Shown here one piece after another: positions 12,990-24,625 of a stretch of 64,000 nt of DNA. Positions within the stretch are counted from its first letter, which is position 1; every line of letters starts with the position of its first letter. The position numbers were made by a program, and so were the translations under genes. The DNA lies in contig NC_045697.1 of assembly GCF_009834535.1 (NCBI RefSeq), positions 5,582,001 through 5,646,000 of the forward strand. The letters run 5' to 3'. The DNA is from Camelus ferus. Lineage: Eukaryota. The notes beneath the pieces were generated by a model. That model was not told the origin of the DNA and made no database searches. It was given only the letters and a program-made list of their open reading frames with translations.

Positions 12990-13234
12990 CAAGAGGATCG
13001 ATCAGATAAGCAAACACATCAGCGGTAAAGGAAGAAACATTTCTCACTGTTGGAGAAGCCAGTTACAAATATGGAAAGACCGGAATCTGGGAAGATGTCT
13101 ATGGGGTGGATACTATTGGAGGTATTGATGTGAACTTGTGGTTTTTAATAGCTACATAAATGTAGAAATAAATGTACAGTAAAATATGTGTGCTTATATG
13201 TGCATTTGCACCTATATATGCACGTGTATGTATA

Positions 13235-13278
<44 letters not shown>

Positions 13279-14285
13279 CGTATATATGTTCCTTAGTCAT
13301 GTTTACTAGAGAACCTGAGAGCAATGATATTCCAAAAGCAGTGAGTACACTTGGCACCCAGATTTTGGCTTTTAAATACCATTTTCAACTAAAAGGGAAG
13401 CAGCGACCCTTGGAGAAATAGGTGATTCCAAGACCCAGCAGGGATAAGCCTAGAACATATCGTTATCCTGAAATAAAGTGCTCGCAGAATGATGGGGCCA
13501 GATGAGGAGAACACAGAAGCCTTACCTGGAGCAATATGGGTGTAAACAAATCTTGACAGTAGTGAGTCTCAGCCCACACAGCCAAATAGGAAACCACGAG
13601 TCTACAGGGCTCTGGATAACTGAATGAAGCAAATGTTTCATAAAGAACAGGTTATTTACATCTAAATATTTATCAATACAGTGAGAAAAACAGTGAAAAT
13701 AGTAACCTTACAGTGGGGAGCCCTGGAGGACTGCGCCTTACCCAGGCTGTCCAAGTGAGCACCATCAGTAACGGGACACACTGAATTCTTGTGCTACCTG
13801 AGAAGCAGTGAGAAGAACGCAGCATCATTTCTGTGATATTTCGACCAAAGACACGTACCCTGAATTTGATTAGGATGAAATATCAGACAAACTCAGACCG
13901 AGGGCCAGTGTATAAAACATCTGGCCTCTAATCTTCAAAATGGTCAAGGTCATGAACATCAAAGGAAGACTGAAGAACCACCCCAGGCTGAAGGAGACAA
14001 AAGGGGCTCGACACTTAAAGGCAATGTGTGACTCTTAAACTGGACCCTTTTGCTATAAAGGACATTATTGGAACAAAAGGTGAAACTTGAGTGCAGTCTG
14101 AGGACCAAATGCCGAAATGCGTGATCTGAACTTCATGATTCTGGTGGTGGTTCTGTTTGCTGGAAATACACACTGAAGGACTCGGGGTGATGGGCACCAT
14201 GCTGACTTACTCTCAGATGGTTCAGGAAAAAAAGTTCTTTGTACTATACTTTCAGCTTTTCTGTAAATTTGAGAATATTTTTTGT
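12990..14285 (+). mobile_element. Old L1MC-like 3' UTR with (TG)n(TA)n microsatellite ~13215-13287
   Basis: cagcatcatttctgtgatattt, atcttcaaaatggtcaaggtcatg, ataaaggacattattggaac, gcttttctgtaaatttgag. Confidence 0.7.
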
Positions 14286-15649
14286 GTGTCTATATATATG
14301 TATACATATATATGCTTGGAGTGTAGTTCTCCGGATTTCCACACGGCACACTCCTCACTAGAGCCAGGGTCTCTGCTCACCTGTGCCCCCTCAGAGAAGC
14401 CTTTGAAAACAGCTCCTCATCCGGGTCCATCACCTGTGTCCCTTTACCTGCTTGTCTTTCTTCACAGTACTTTTCACTACTTGACATTTTAATATGGGCT
14501 CCCCTGTCTATTGCTCGTTTCCTAAGTGGCATGAAAGTCCCTGTGGGCCGGGACTCTGTTTTGTCTATCCTTCTGCCCCCAGGGCCTAGACGAGTCCTGG
14601 CACCACGTGGTCGGTCAGCGTGGAGGGCTCTGTGAAGTCCCTAGCCTGGTGTGTGGTCACAGTTAGTACTCGATAAGCAGGAAGATTAAAAAAGAAAAGA
14701 ATCTAACACTGACCAAGTTATGAAGTTGTTCGCTCAAGTCTTGGCACTAGAGAGGCCAAGAGGTGAACGATCAGGAAGAAAGAACACAGCCTAGGCCTGA
14801 AGGCTGGAGACGGGAACTCCTGGTGACAGCGGCTGGATTCCAAAGCGTCTCCCACCTGCTCTTGGTGCCGGTCCCTTTCATGTTTTGTATCTGGGATACC
14901 CCCCCCCCCCCCACTCCGGGGACTGGGCCATGCCCCACAGGGGTGGTGCTTCTCTCTCCTGCGCACGCTCTGACTTTGCTTCCAATGCCTTTGAAATGGA
15001 GAAGAGTATCTTATTTAAACAAAAGGCCATCTCCACTTGGGTATGCTCCAGTCCACAGACCGCTGCCTCCATGTTGAGAAACACAAAAGAATCTTGAAAT
15101 GTGACTTTTCCAGATTTGATTTTGCTATTTGTAAATGCATACTGTAAGCAAATTCTGTTCCTCACAGTCCAATCCCTTCTTCAGAGTATTAACATCAACA
15201 TTAAGAAGATGCAGAGCAATTGGAAACATTTGATATCCTTCTAGCCATTGAGGATGGATAAGATGGGGAGTTAGGGTTAGATAAGTATCTACCACACTCT
15301 TGATAATCTTTGTGCCTCACTAGGAAATAGAGTTCCATTTTGCCAGCTCCTACCAAGTTACCACTTGCTCAGTCAACAAATATTTGTTGAGCACTTTCTC
15401 TATAGGAGGCAGAACTCTAGATAACTGGGCTGTACATCAGTGGACACAGACAATGAAAGGACATCTGTGCACGGGTGGTGCACGTGGCTGCCTTGCTTCT
15501 CGCTCTACCTGGTGAATTTCTGCTTACCCTTCAAGATCCAGCTCACACCTCCTCTGGAAAGGGTTTCCAGCGTGCCCAGGGAAAGTTAATTGCTGCTTTC
15601 TCTATACTAGCCCAATACTTTGTTCATACCTCCCTTATAGCATTTTATT

Positions 15650-16465
15650 ATCTTTTTCTCCCTAAATAGACTTTTTTGAGGGGAGGCAGTTTTAGGTTTA
15701 CAGAGAAATTGAGCAGAAAGTACAGAGTTCCCACATACCTTCTCCATCATCCCTGCCCCCGATTTTCCCCTATGACTAACATCTTGCATTAGTGTGCTTC
15801 ATTTGTTATAACTGGTTAGTCAATATAGATACATTATTATTAAAACCGAAGACCACAGTTTGCATTAAAGTTCACTCCTGGGGTTGTGTATTCCACAGGT
15901 TTCAACAAATGTACAAATGACACGGATCCATCATTACAGCATCATACAGAGTAGTTTCACTGCCCTAAAAATGCTCTGTGCTCTGCCTGTTCCTCCCTCC
16001 CTCTCCCCAACCCCGGTCCCCAACCACTGATCGTTTAATTGCTGCCATAGTTAGGCCTTTTCCAGAATGTCATAGAGTTAGAATCATCCTGTATGTGGCC
16101 TCTTCAGATTGGCTTCTTGCACTTAGCCATATGCATTTAAGATTCCTCCATATCTTTTCATGGCTTCTGATAGCTCCTCTCTTTTCAGTGCTGAATGATA
16201 TTCCATTGTCTGGATGGACTACGGTTTATCCACTCACCTGCTAAAAGACATCTTGGTTGCTTCCAAGTGTTAGCAGTTATGAATAAAGCCGCTATACATA
16301 TCCATGTGCGGGGTTTTGTGTGGACATAAGTTTTCAATTTCTTGGGACAAATAACAAGGAGCATGGTTGCTGGATTGCTTGGTAAGAGTATATTTAGTTT
16401 GAAAAGAAACTATCTTCCTAAACGGCTGTATCATTTTGCATTCCCACCAGCAATGAACAAGAGTT
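15650..16465 (-). mobile_element. L1MC/MB-like 3' end
   Basis: gcagttttaggtttacaga..aattgagcagaaagtacagagttccca; tatcattttgcattcccaccagcaatg. Confidence 0.8.
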
Positions 16466-16699
16466 TTATTTCATTCCTTTTTATTTGATCTATTATCTCC
16501 TCTGTCCCCGACCAGTGTCTACCCCTCAGTTGAGAGTTACCAGAGCCCAATGACCATGTCCAATGTACCACTGTGTCTTCCATGCTTGGCACTGGAATGT
16601 TCATTAAATGAAGTATTAATTGAGCTGAAATTTTAAAATTACAGAGCAATCCCTCAAAATAACAGCACATACCTCTGGATGCTACTTCGGCAGTGAGGA

Positions 16700-17125
16700 G
16701 GGAACTTCTTTCTGGCAATAGCTCATTGCTGCTATGCCAATCATGATTATCCTGTGCCCTAGCTTTTGCGGCTAGAGAGTAGCCAGGTGATCCAGTTCTG
16801 ACCCTTGAAACCTAGACAGAAATCTTCTCATGGGTTTCTGGGAAAGCTTTTCCTTCCCTGACAAAAGAGATCAGGTGTGGTTAGTCCAGTCTTTCCCCTT
16901 TCCCCCAGCTTGAAGAAGGATGTGATTGCTGGAGTTACAGCAGCTCCCTTGCATCCATGAGGAAATGGCCCAAAATTTCAGAGACATTGCCCCATCATCT
17001 TTGAGCTGATGAACCAATTCCTGTGACTAACTACCTCTAGATAACTTACTAGGTGAGGAAAATAACCCCCTCTCTGTTTAAACTGCCATTAGGAGGCCTT
17101 TGTGTTTGGAACTGTGTTCTGTATT
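16700..17125 (+). mobile_element. MaLR LTR (MLT1J/K-like)
   Basis: gccaatcatg, gtgatccagttctg, tttctgggaaagcttt, gatgtgattgctggag, ctgtttaaactgcca. Confidence 0.55.
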
Positions 17126-18005
17126 AGTTTTTCAAACTAACACAATAGCTACAAACACTCACTACCAGCCTGGCATTGTGCTAAGCCTTTCATAGCCATT
17201 ATGCCATTTAATCTTTATACTAATCCTATGAGAAAGTGGTATTATTACCATGTAAGAATTTTTTATTTCCAGAGCTGGATCTGCTAAGTCTACCCTGACT
17301 CCTGAGAAGCAGACCCCAGTCCATCTGCATTCACCCCAACACAGTAACTTGGAGTTTTACTCTATCCAGGTGTGGTCTGGGCAAGAAATTGCTTTGAGAA
17401 ACAGAGATCTGAGCTAAAGGCTGCCTTCCTACATCCACTAACCAAGGAGAAATTTGTGAGTTGGAGCTGGAAAAAGATCAGATCTTAGGGTTCTGGGGTC
17501 ACCACAGTATTTCTGAGCTCAATAAAGTTCACTGGTGGATAATGAAGATGAGCAGAAGGCACACTGAGGATTCTCTGACTCTTTCTGGATCCTGGGGTAG
17601 CCAGCCTCCTTCTCTAGAAGCTCCAACAGTGGAGAGGGCTGGGTGGTACAATGGAAGCGCCCTGTCACAGTTAGCTGGTTTTTACAATTTAAAGCAAACC
17701 TCCACTTGCTCCTAATATTACCATCTGCTATTTCACCAATAAGGTTTTCATTTCGGGTAACAGCAAACACCACGTGGTAGTTAAGAAGAGGGTGAATACT
17801 ATCAACCATTCACTCCTTAGTATGGATTACTCTGCTTCCATTTTCTTTGTAATACCTAGGCAAAAAGTTCTCAAAGAACAGACATTTTATTAGGGGATGT
17901 TGAATAAGTGTTGTAGAATGAATAGGTTTATGTATGAATGAGCTGTATTCATAGATGAATATTCAGAAACGTACGGGTGGGCTCCTCAGAGCTGCACCCA
18001 GGTAT

Positions 18006-18006
<1 letters not shown>

Positions 18007-18049
<43 letters not shown>
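18007..18049. repeat. (CA)n microsatellite
   Basis: About 20 uninterrupted CA units. Confidence 0.95.
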
Positions 18050-18052
<3 letters not shown>

Positions 18053-18099
18053 CAGAAGATGCAGAACTTCTGAGGTCTTCTTGGGTAACAGTAACAAGA

Positions 18100-19200
18100 T
18101 TTGAAATTTAGAGAAATTAAAACAAGGGTACTAATGTAATAAAATGAAGTTTAACAAGAGCAGGTGTTGGATGCTGAACATTTGCCCCACACAAAGGGGG
18201 TGGGAGAGGTGAGGCTTAACAGCAGCAAATGTGACAAAGACGTGGATGGAGGTGGGTAGGGGGGAGTGGGAGGGGATGAAGGTGTTGTGGAAAACTGTGT
18301 TACAGTTTGGTGTTTCAGCTCAGTTGTGACAGCAACCTGGGTCTGGGCAAGAGATCAAGCAGCACTCTGATAGTTGGAGAACTCAGGTTTATTACCCCAC
18401 CAGACCCAGCGGAGTTAATACTCCAAGATCTAGACACCGTCTATAGATTTACACAGGCCTTTATAGGCTGCCAGTTTTACACTTTGTGACATCATATGCA
18501 AATAAAGTATAACAGAAGTTGACCAACTAGGAACAAGCTTTGTAGAAATAGACCAATCAGGAGTGAGAGAAATAACCAGTCAGGAGTGAGGGGAATGGGC
18601 CAATCAGGAGTGAGATAAATAACCAATCAGGAGTGAGCTCCATGCAAATGAAGTACTACAAATGGACCAATCAGAAGTTAGGGAAGTGGACCAATCAGAA
18701 GTGAGAGTAATAACCAATCAGGAGTGAAGGAAATAACCAATCAGAAGTGAGCTCAGGGAACCAATAGAATTTTAGGGGTAAGTAAGCCGTTTCAGAGGCA
18801 AAAAGTGAGATAGCGCCTCTGGGCCAGGGAACCAGATGGTGCCGGCAGGAGATTAGTGGCCCTGCTTCGGGGCCCTGCCGGTCTTTTTATGGGGCTTCCC
18901 GCCTCAGGGGGACTGGTGGCCACCGGCTCCTGTGAATCAGGATCAGGACCTGGCTGCCAAAACATTAATAAGCTTTGGAGCCGCTGGAATACCAGCAAGG
19001 TTTTCAGAATGGGAGACCCCAGTGGTGTGAGAGTCAGAGCAGACCTGAATTTAAGGGCTCAATTCAGGAAGAAACGTGGGCAAATGGTGACAAAAGGGAA
19101 AACCATGTGACAGGAAAGGGAACAGGGAGAAAGCAGTGCAGAAGAGGTGGCCTCAAAGAAGCAGGAAGGCTGGGAGCAGCTGGAGAAGGGGGGTTGTGTC
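18100..19200 (+). mobile_element. L3/CR1 LINE remnant split by the LTR at 18283-18906
   Basis: aaaatgaagtttaac, ggcttaacagcagc..atgtgacaaagac before the LTR; tggctgccaaaa..ttaat after it. Confidence 0.55.
18283..18906 (-). mobile_element. Solo ERV LTR with a tandem CCAAT array in U3
   Basis: Minus strand starts TGAGGCGGG (18906) and ends ...CCACAACA (18283; 18298 is an alternative end); TATAAA 18460-65 and AATAAA 18388-93 on minus; TSD not resolved. Confidence 0.8.
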
Positions 19201-20498
19201 CGAATCTTCTGGCTACTCCCAGTGCCTGGTGCAGACCCAGGAACACATTCGGGGCTCGGTAAATATTTGCTAAATGAGCCCACTGGAGTGTCCCAAAACA
19301 GAAAGAGATTTCCCATAAAGGAGAGTTCCCCATCCATGGGAGTACTTCTGTACAAAATAGTCCCTTGCTGGAGTTTTCCAGGAGAGATCCAAGCGTGCAA
19401 GGAGAGCTTGGGAATAGATGCTAAGATCTACCTCCTGAGAATCTTCTTCCCAGAGTCTAGCTATTAAAGCCCTCACCATCCTTACCTCTCAGACATTTAT
19501 TTCTCTTTCATCGGTGATTTCCAAAGAGAAGGGAAGGAAGAAGGACAGAGGGGAAAGTGAGGGATGAAGAACAGAAGAGCGACCCGTGCCAGGGCTGTCA
19601 GCTCCCTAAGGCTGTGCTCCCCTCTGCCCACGCCCAAGGGGGAGACCCCCGCCCCCGCCCGCCTCTGACTTCACAAAGGGCATTCACTGTGCTGTGTGGT
19701 TACTGCTCTGTCTAGTGCACGTGTAACAACCTCTCTTCCCGGAGCCCTGGCTCCATTTGTTTTGTACCATCTTGCCCCTAACACTTCCATAGTATTGGCT
19801 GAACAGTAACTGTTAATAAACATTTGTTAAATGAATGAATGAGTCCTGCGCCTTTTAGACTTTGTAAGGAATGTGTTGTCTACACTGGCATGTATTTCAT
19901 ACAATCCTCTCAGATAGAGTTTGTGTATATCATTCCACTGGAGAACAAAGGAAGGCAGACGGGAGCGGGGTGGGCTGGGAGGTCATGCTGGAGAAGTGAA
20001 AACTTCCCTCTGTGGGTTTGAGAAATGTCTGGGATGTTATGCCTGAAGCTGAAACATCAGGTTGTATTCACTTCTGCTGTTCTATAAACCAGCAACAAAC
20101 AGCAAGACCTCTTTTGTTACTTTATTGTAATGCAGTCATGTGTCTGGGAGATTCTGGGTCTTGATACACTTTCTTCTACTCGCTTTGGTCTTCAAGGTTT
20201 AGAAAAATTGTATATTGATCTTGTATTGTGTTAAAGGGGTTTTAATGAGCAAAACACTCATAAGTACTTGGAGAAATTTCAATGAGGGCAGGACTGTATG
20301 CATCCACTATCATGGTTCCTGCAGCTACTGCAGTGCCTGACACATCGTAGGTGCTCAGTAAAAATAGAGAATGGATAAAATAGTTGCTGTCAGCCTTGGT
20401 GACAGATATCACATAAGGAGCCCGTTATTAACAGTACTAGGTCATCCACCAACACCCCAATGGCTAAGTGTGATTCTGATGTTAAAAACAAAGAAGTA

Positions 20499-20665
20499 GG
20501 GGGAACTGTATAGTTCAGTGATAGAGCACATGCTTAGCATGCACGAGGTCCTGGGTTCAATCTCCAGTACCTCCATTAAGATAAATAAATAAACTTAATA
20601 CCCCTCCCAGAAAAAAAAAGAAAACAAAAAAAGGCAGCAACAACAAAAAATGTTTAAAAAAACAA
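20499..20665 (+). mobile_element. Vic-1-like tRNA-derived SINE with A-rich tail
   Basis: gtatagttcagtgatagagcacatgcttagcatgcacgaggtcctgggttcaatctccagtacctccattaa: A/B boxes, no intact acceptor stem, A-rich tail. Confidence 0.88.
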
Positions 20666-22559
20666 ACAGAGATGAGGGAACTAATCAATGGTGGTAGTTA
20701 ATAAGTCAGGATTCAAAACCTGCAGTGTCTGACTCGAAAGCCAGTGCTCTCTCTTGTCACAGCTACTCAGGGGACAGTGGCCTTTAGTCCAAATAAAGCT
20801 TGTCTTGCGCATTACCTGCTACCTGCCCAACTGGTGCTTCCCCTAGTTGTTCTTGGGTCCAGGTCTCAAAAAGCTTTTGCAAGCAAGGTAGGATATAGGT
20901 ATTAAATGGGTGGATGGACCGATCATTAGCTAAATGTCAGAGGGATGATGGACTTTGAAATCAGTGGGTGGACAATTAGTTGCATACACAGTCTCCTTCT
21001 CTTATCTGTCCCGACAGTATCAGCCTGACAATTTCAGTCTGGCAACACAACCTAACAAAACAGATTGGCCTCTAACTCTTCCCTGCCAGTTTCACCCCAG
21101 CTGCCTGCCCCAGTCAGGATGGTAAAACCCCCAAAGTATTGAAAGTGGAGCAGAAACTACAGTTTCTACCCAGACCTCATTAATTCGGGAAGATGATACT
21201 TCAGCCAGTGGAAAGATACTGAATGCGTGCAAAAACTCCTTAATTGTGGGTTTCCTTTTGCTGTCTGCTCACTTAATAAAACTGGAAACTATTTATGTAA
21301 ATTATATTCTTCGAATGGGGGGCCCTCACATTTTCCTGCTCCAGGAGCTGGAGCAAAGATGAGGCAGAGCAGGATGGAGGAAAGCAACCGACTAGTGAAA
21401 ACGCTCCTTCCCAAGGAGATGGCTGCTGAAACTACATCTGTTTTTTAACTCTAAACTGAATTCCTCTTAGGGATGCTATGTATAAACGCGAGCTTTGGGG
21501 GACGCTGATGGGAAAGGGAGCCTGAAGCCTGATGAACAATGGCAAGGCAGAATGCTTGGTACTTGGAGTAATGCCAGGGGCAGGAAGTATAAACTAAGCC
21601 TGGAGATGCCTGGGGTGGGATTGAATGTCTTAACAGGAGGATGCGTGGGTGACAGTGAGTGAAATGGAGAAAAGGAGAGGATGTCGGAACAGCCAGCGAG
21701 GCAGAGCTGGAAAGGTGGCCCAGTGGGGAGATCTGGCCAGTGCAGGAGCCTCAGGGGGTGGGGAGATGGCCCCTAAATCTGTCTGAGTCCACCTCTGGTC
21801 TCAAAGCCAGAGCACTTCTGCTTGTCTGGCCCACAGGCACTTCCAGCATGAGTGCTGTCTCCGCGGGGGACATTTCAGACTGTGGAGCTGGGCTGCTTGG
21901 GTTCCAGTCCTGCTCTCTTACTTATTAGCTGTGTGACCAAGTGTCTTAACCATTCCGTGCCTTGGCTTTTCTTTTCTATAACAGGAGAATGATAAGATGA
22001 CTTACCTCATAGAACTGTGTGATTTATTATCCATAAAGCATTTAAAATAGTACTTGTAAGTAAGTAAGCTAGTAAGTGATACGTAAGGATTTGCTTTCAC
22101 TGTCAACGTCTCATCATCATTGTCTTGTCTCTATTGATGGCAATTAGTCACCCAGGCCAGAAATTTCAGTGTATCAGCTTGTAGAGAAGAGATGTTCCAC
22201 TCCACCCTCATCCTCCATTTTGTGGAATCTACAAAGACAAATGAAAGGACTACAACTCAAGGGGGAGGAGGAGGAAGACATGATGTAGAGAAGGAGTTAG
22301 CAGAGCTCACATAGGGAGCACAGCTGAAAGGTCTGACTATCGTTTACACGATCCCCCCCGCCCCCCACTGTGGGGCAGAGCAGACCTCCCTTAAGTCCTG
22401 AAGAAGCAAAGATGAATAGCAACGCAAGCAAAGGGAGGACCCCGAGGGACCTCCAGGGCTTCAATAGACCAAGAAGTCAGGGAGGGAAGAACAGAAAGCA
22501 TGTGTGAGGGGAGGAGGTATCTCTACAGACCTAGCAAGGTGGAACGAGAGCTAAGGTCC

Positions 22560-23238
22560 TGAGACAGGAGTGAAGGGGACAGGGCACAGCCATTAATAGA
22601 ATGGCCCAGCCATTGAAGATACAACAAAAACTGGTTAGAACCAACTAGGCCCAAGATGGTGGAAGATTCCACTCCCAGGAGACCTTGAGCTTCATTATAG
22701 GCTCATTGTAATACATTAGCTGCTACGTGCCCCCCGCCCCATAGGCACCATGACAGTTTGAGGCTGACTATAAATGGCCAAAAAGTGGGCAGTGGCCCAA
22801 TTCCTGGGAATCCCCACCCCCTTCCCCCAAATGGTCGGAGTAATCCTCCCAATTGTCAGCCTATGAAATTACCGAGCCCGTAAAAGCCAGCAATCGCATA
22901 TCCTGAGGTCTCTCTCCTTCTGAGACTGCCCGCACTCTGTGGAGTGTGTGTCTACTTTTACTTTAACCACCCGCCCCTGCCCCTGCCTCATGGCCTCTCT
23001 CGCTTCCTGTGACGGCCTGCACTCCGTCTATGGAGGGAACATCGCCCTGAATGCATCTACTCTCACTCTACTTCAGCTCGCTCTTCTTTTTTTTTTTTTT
23101 CTTCAACATTTTACTTCAGCTCGCTCTTGAATTCTTCCCTGCCAGACGCCAAGGGCCCTCACTCGGGGGGGCGTGTCCTAGGGACTGGCCCGAGACTTGG
23201 GACACGGCCCTCCCCCGGAGCTCCCTTCTCCCGCAACA
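22560..23238 (+). mobile_element. MER41-like ERV1 solo LTR, 679 bp, 4-bp TSD
   Basis: TG...CA ends; TSD gtcc at 22556-59 and 23239-42; MER41-type blocks ccaagatgg, cattata..ctcattgtaatacattagc, gcaccatgacagttt, ctcgctcttgaattcttccctgc. Confidence 0.8.
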
Positions 23239-24394
23239 GTCCCGCTTTGGCTACAGGGGCTGGGCCGACGGTGGATGAAGCGGCTGCCCTCCCCCCCTTT
23301 GTTGGCCCTGTGGGTGGAAAAACCTGAAGTAAAAGACAACGCGAACATTTTTCTGGTCTCTGTAAGTCAGTTACGGAAACCATGACTCTTCCCCCCACAA
23401 CAGGGGACAGAGCGCCAGGCTGGGCTCGGTCGTTACCGCCGGCAGAGTCCTGTGGGGCATCCCACATGTGAACGTCCTTTGGTTACGATTAGGGACTTCA
23501 TAAATTAAATTAGGGGATTATTATAATAAAGTAGTTATTTCCAACAAAACACTGTGGTATAGAGGGGCATATGGGATAATTACTGAATGATTGTTACACA
23601 GGTTCTTTAAAAAAAAACCCTCTTCCAAATTATAGCCACTCAACTTTAAATCTCTTAAAATACAAACCTAACCCATCCCAGTCTACTTTTGGGGGGAAAT
23701 AACTCAAAACTATTCCAACACTGAAGCTCACAGTGAGACTTTCATGTTCAAATTTTAACTTAGAGCTGTAATGGGCCTGCCTTTTTAATGAACAATTGTT
23801 AAAACCAATGGCTGGCTTAAAGACTTCCTAAATTAACAATGAGAAACTTGGCTTTCCATGGAGGGTTGCAGAGAGCTCCAGCCGTGTGGCCAGTTCCTGG
23901 TTATTGAGAACTTTTGGAATCCTGCTAGGCTGGCCTGCCTTATGCTTACAAAGCAAAGAAAGGTGAAGACAAGGCATAATGGAGACCTAAAAATATATCA
24001 GCAAGAATAAATGCGTTGTGAGGAAATTCCAAGCTTTATTAAATGCCCTTTTGGTGAAAGAAGCCCTACAGAGAATTTCTTAATAAATTTCAGAGAGGGG
24101 AGGCGCTCGGCCGCTGGAGTAGCCCACATCAGCGATTGTGGCATTTGTGGAATGTCAAAGGCAGATTGCCTGCTGGAGGTAATCGCCCGGCTAGCATCAC
24201 GATTGTTTCTTATGGGAGGCCAAGGTCGAGGACAGTGGTTTGGGGTTGGCCGAGACTCACGTTCTTGTGTTAGAGGGTTCTGTTAATGACATGGATGCCT
24301 CAGTCTGGAAAGAGCTTGAGAGTTTAGCCATTCCTATGTGTAGCCAATGGCCTCACACGTGAAAATCCATGGCAGGAAGGGACACTGTCCTGAT

Positions 24395-24625
24395 ATTAAA
24401 CACCTTGGTAACTCATTCCAAAGTCCAGCAACACCCACATCCAGGAAATACTTCTTGCTGTTCAGCCTAAATCCCTCATGCTTCAGTGTAAGCTCATTTC
24501 CTCTCATTCTGTCCAAAATAGAAATCGGGAACAGCTGCTCTCCATCCACGGGTTCTTACACTTGAAGACCTTTATTCCATCCATCCCCTAAGCCTCCTCT
24601 TCTCCAGAATAAATACTCCAACTAC
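24395..24625 (-). mobile_element. L3/CR1 ORF2 C-terminal remnant
   Basis: Minus-strand peptide EQLFPISILDRMRGNELTLKHEGFRLNSKKYFLDVGVAGLWNELP resembles CR1 RTRG--LKL---FRL--RK-FF--RVV--WN-LP. Confidence 0.75.

Noticed and set aside
18540..18770. Regularly spaced short repeats resembling a CRISPR array
   Set aside because: Mammalian DNA; 23-24 bp tandem units without unique spacers, inside an LTR; no cas genes
20499..20580. tRNA-Ala-like gene (also 3995-4073)
   Set aside because: Diverged stems, A-rich tails and multiple copies indicate tRNA-derived SINEs
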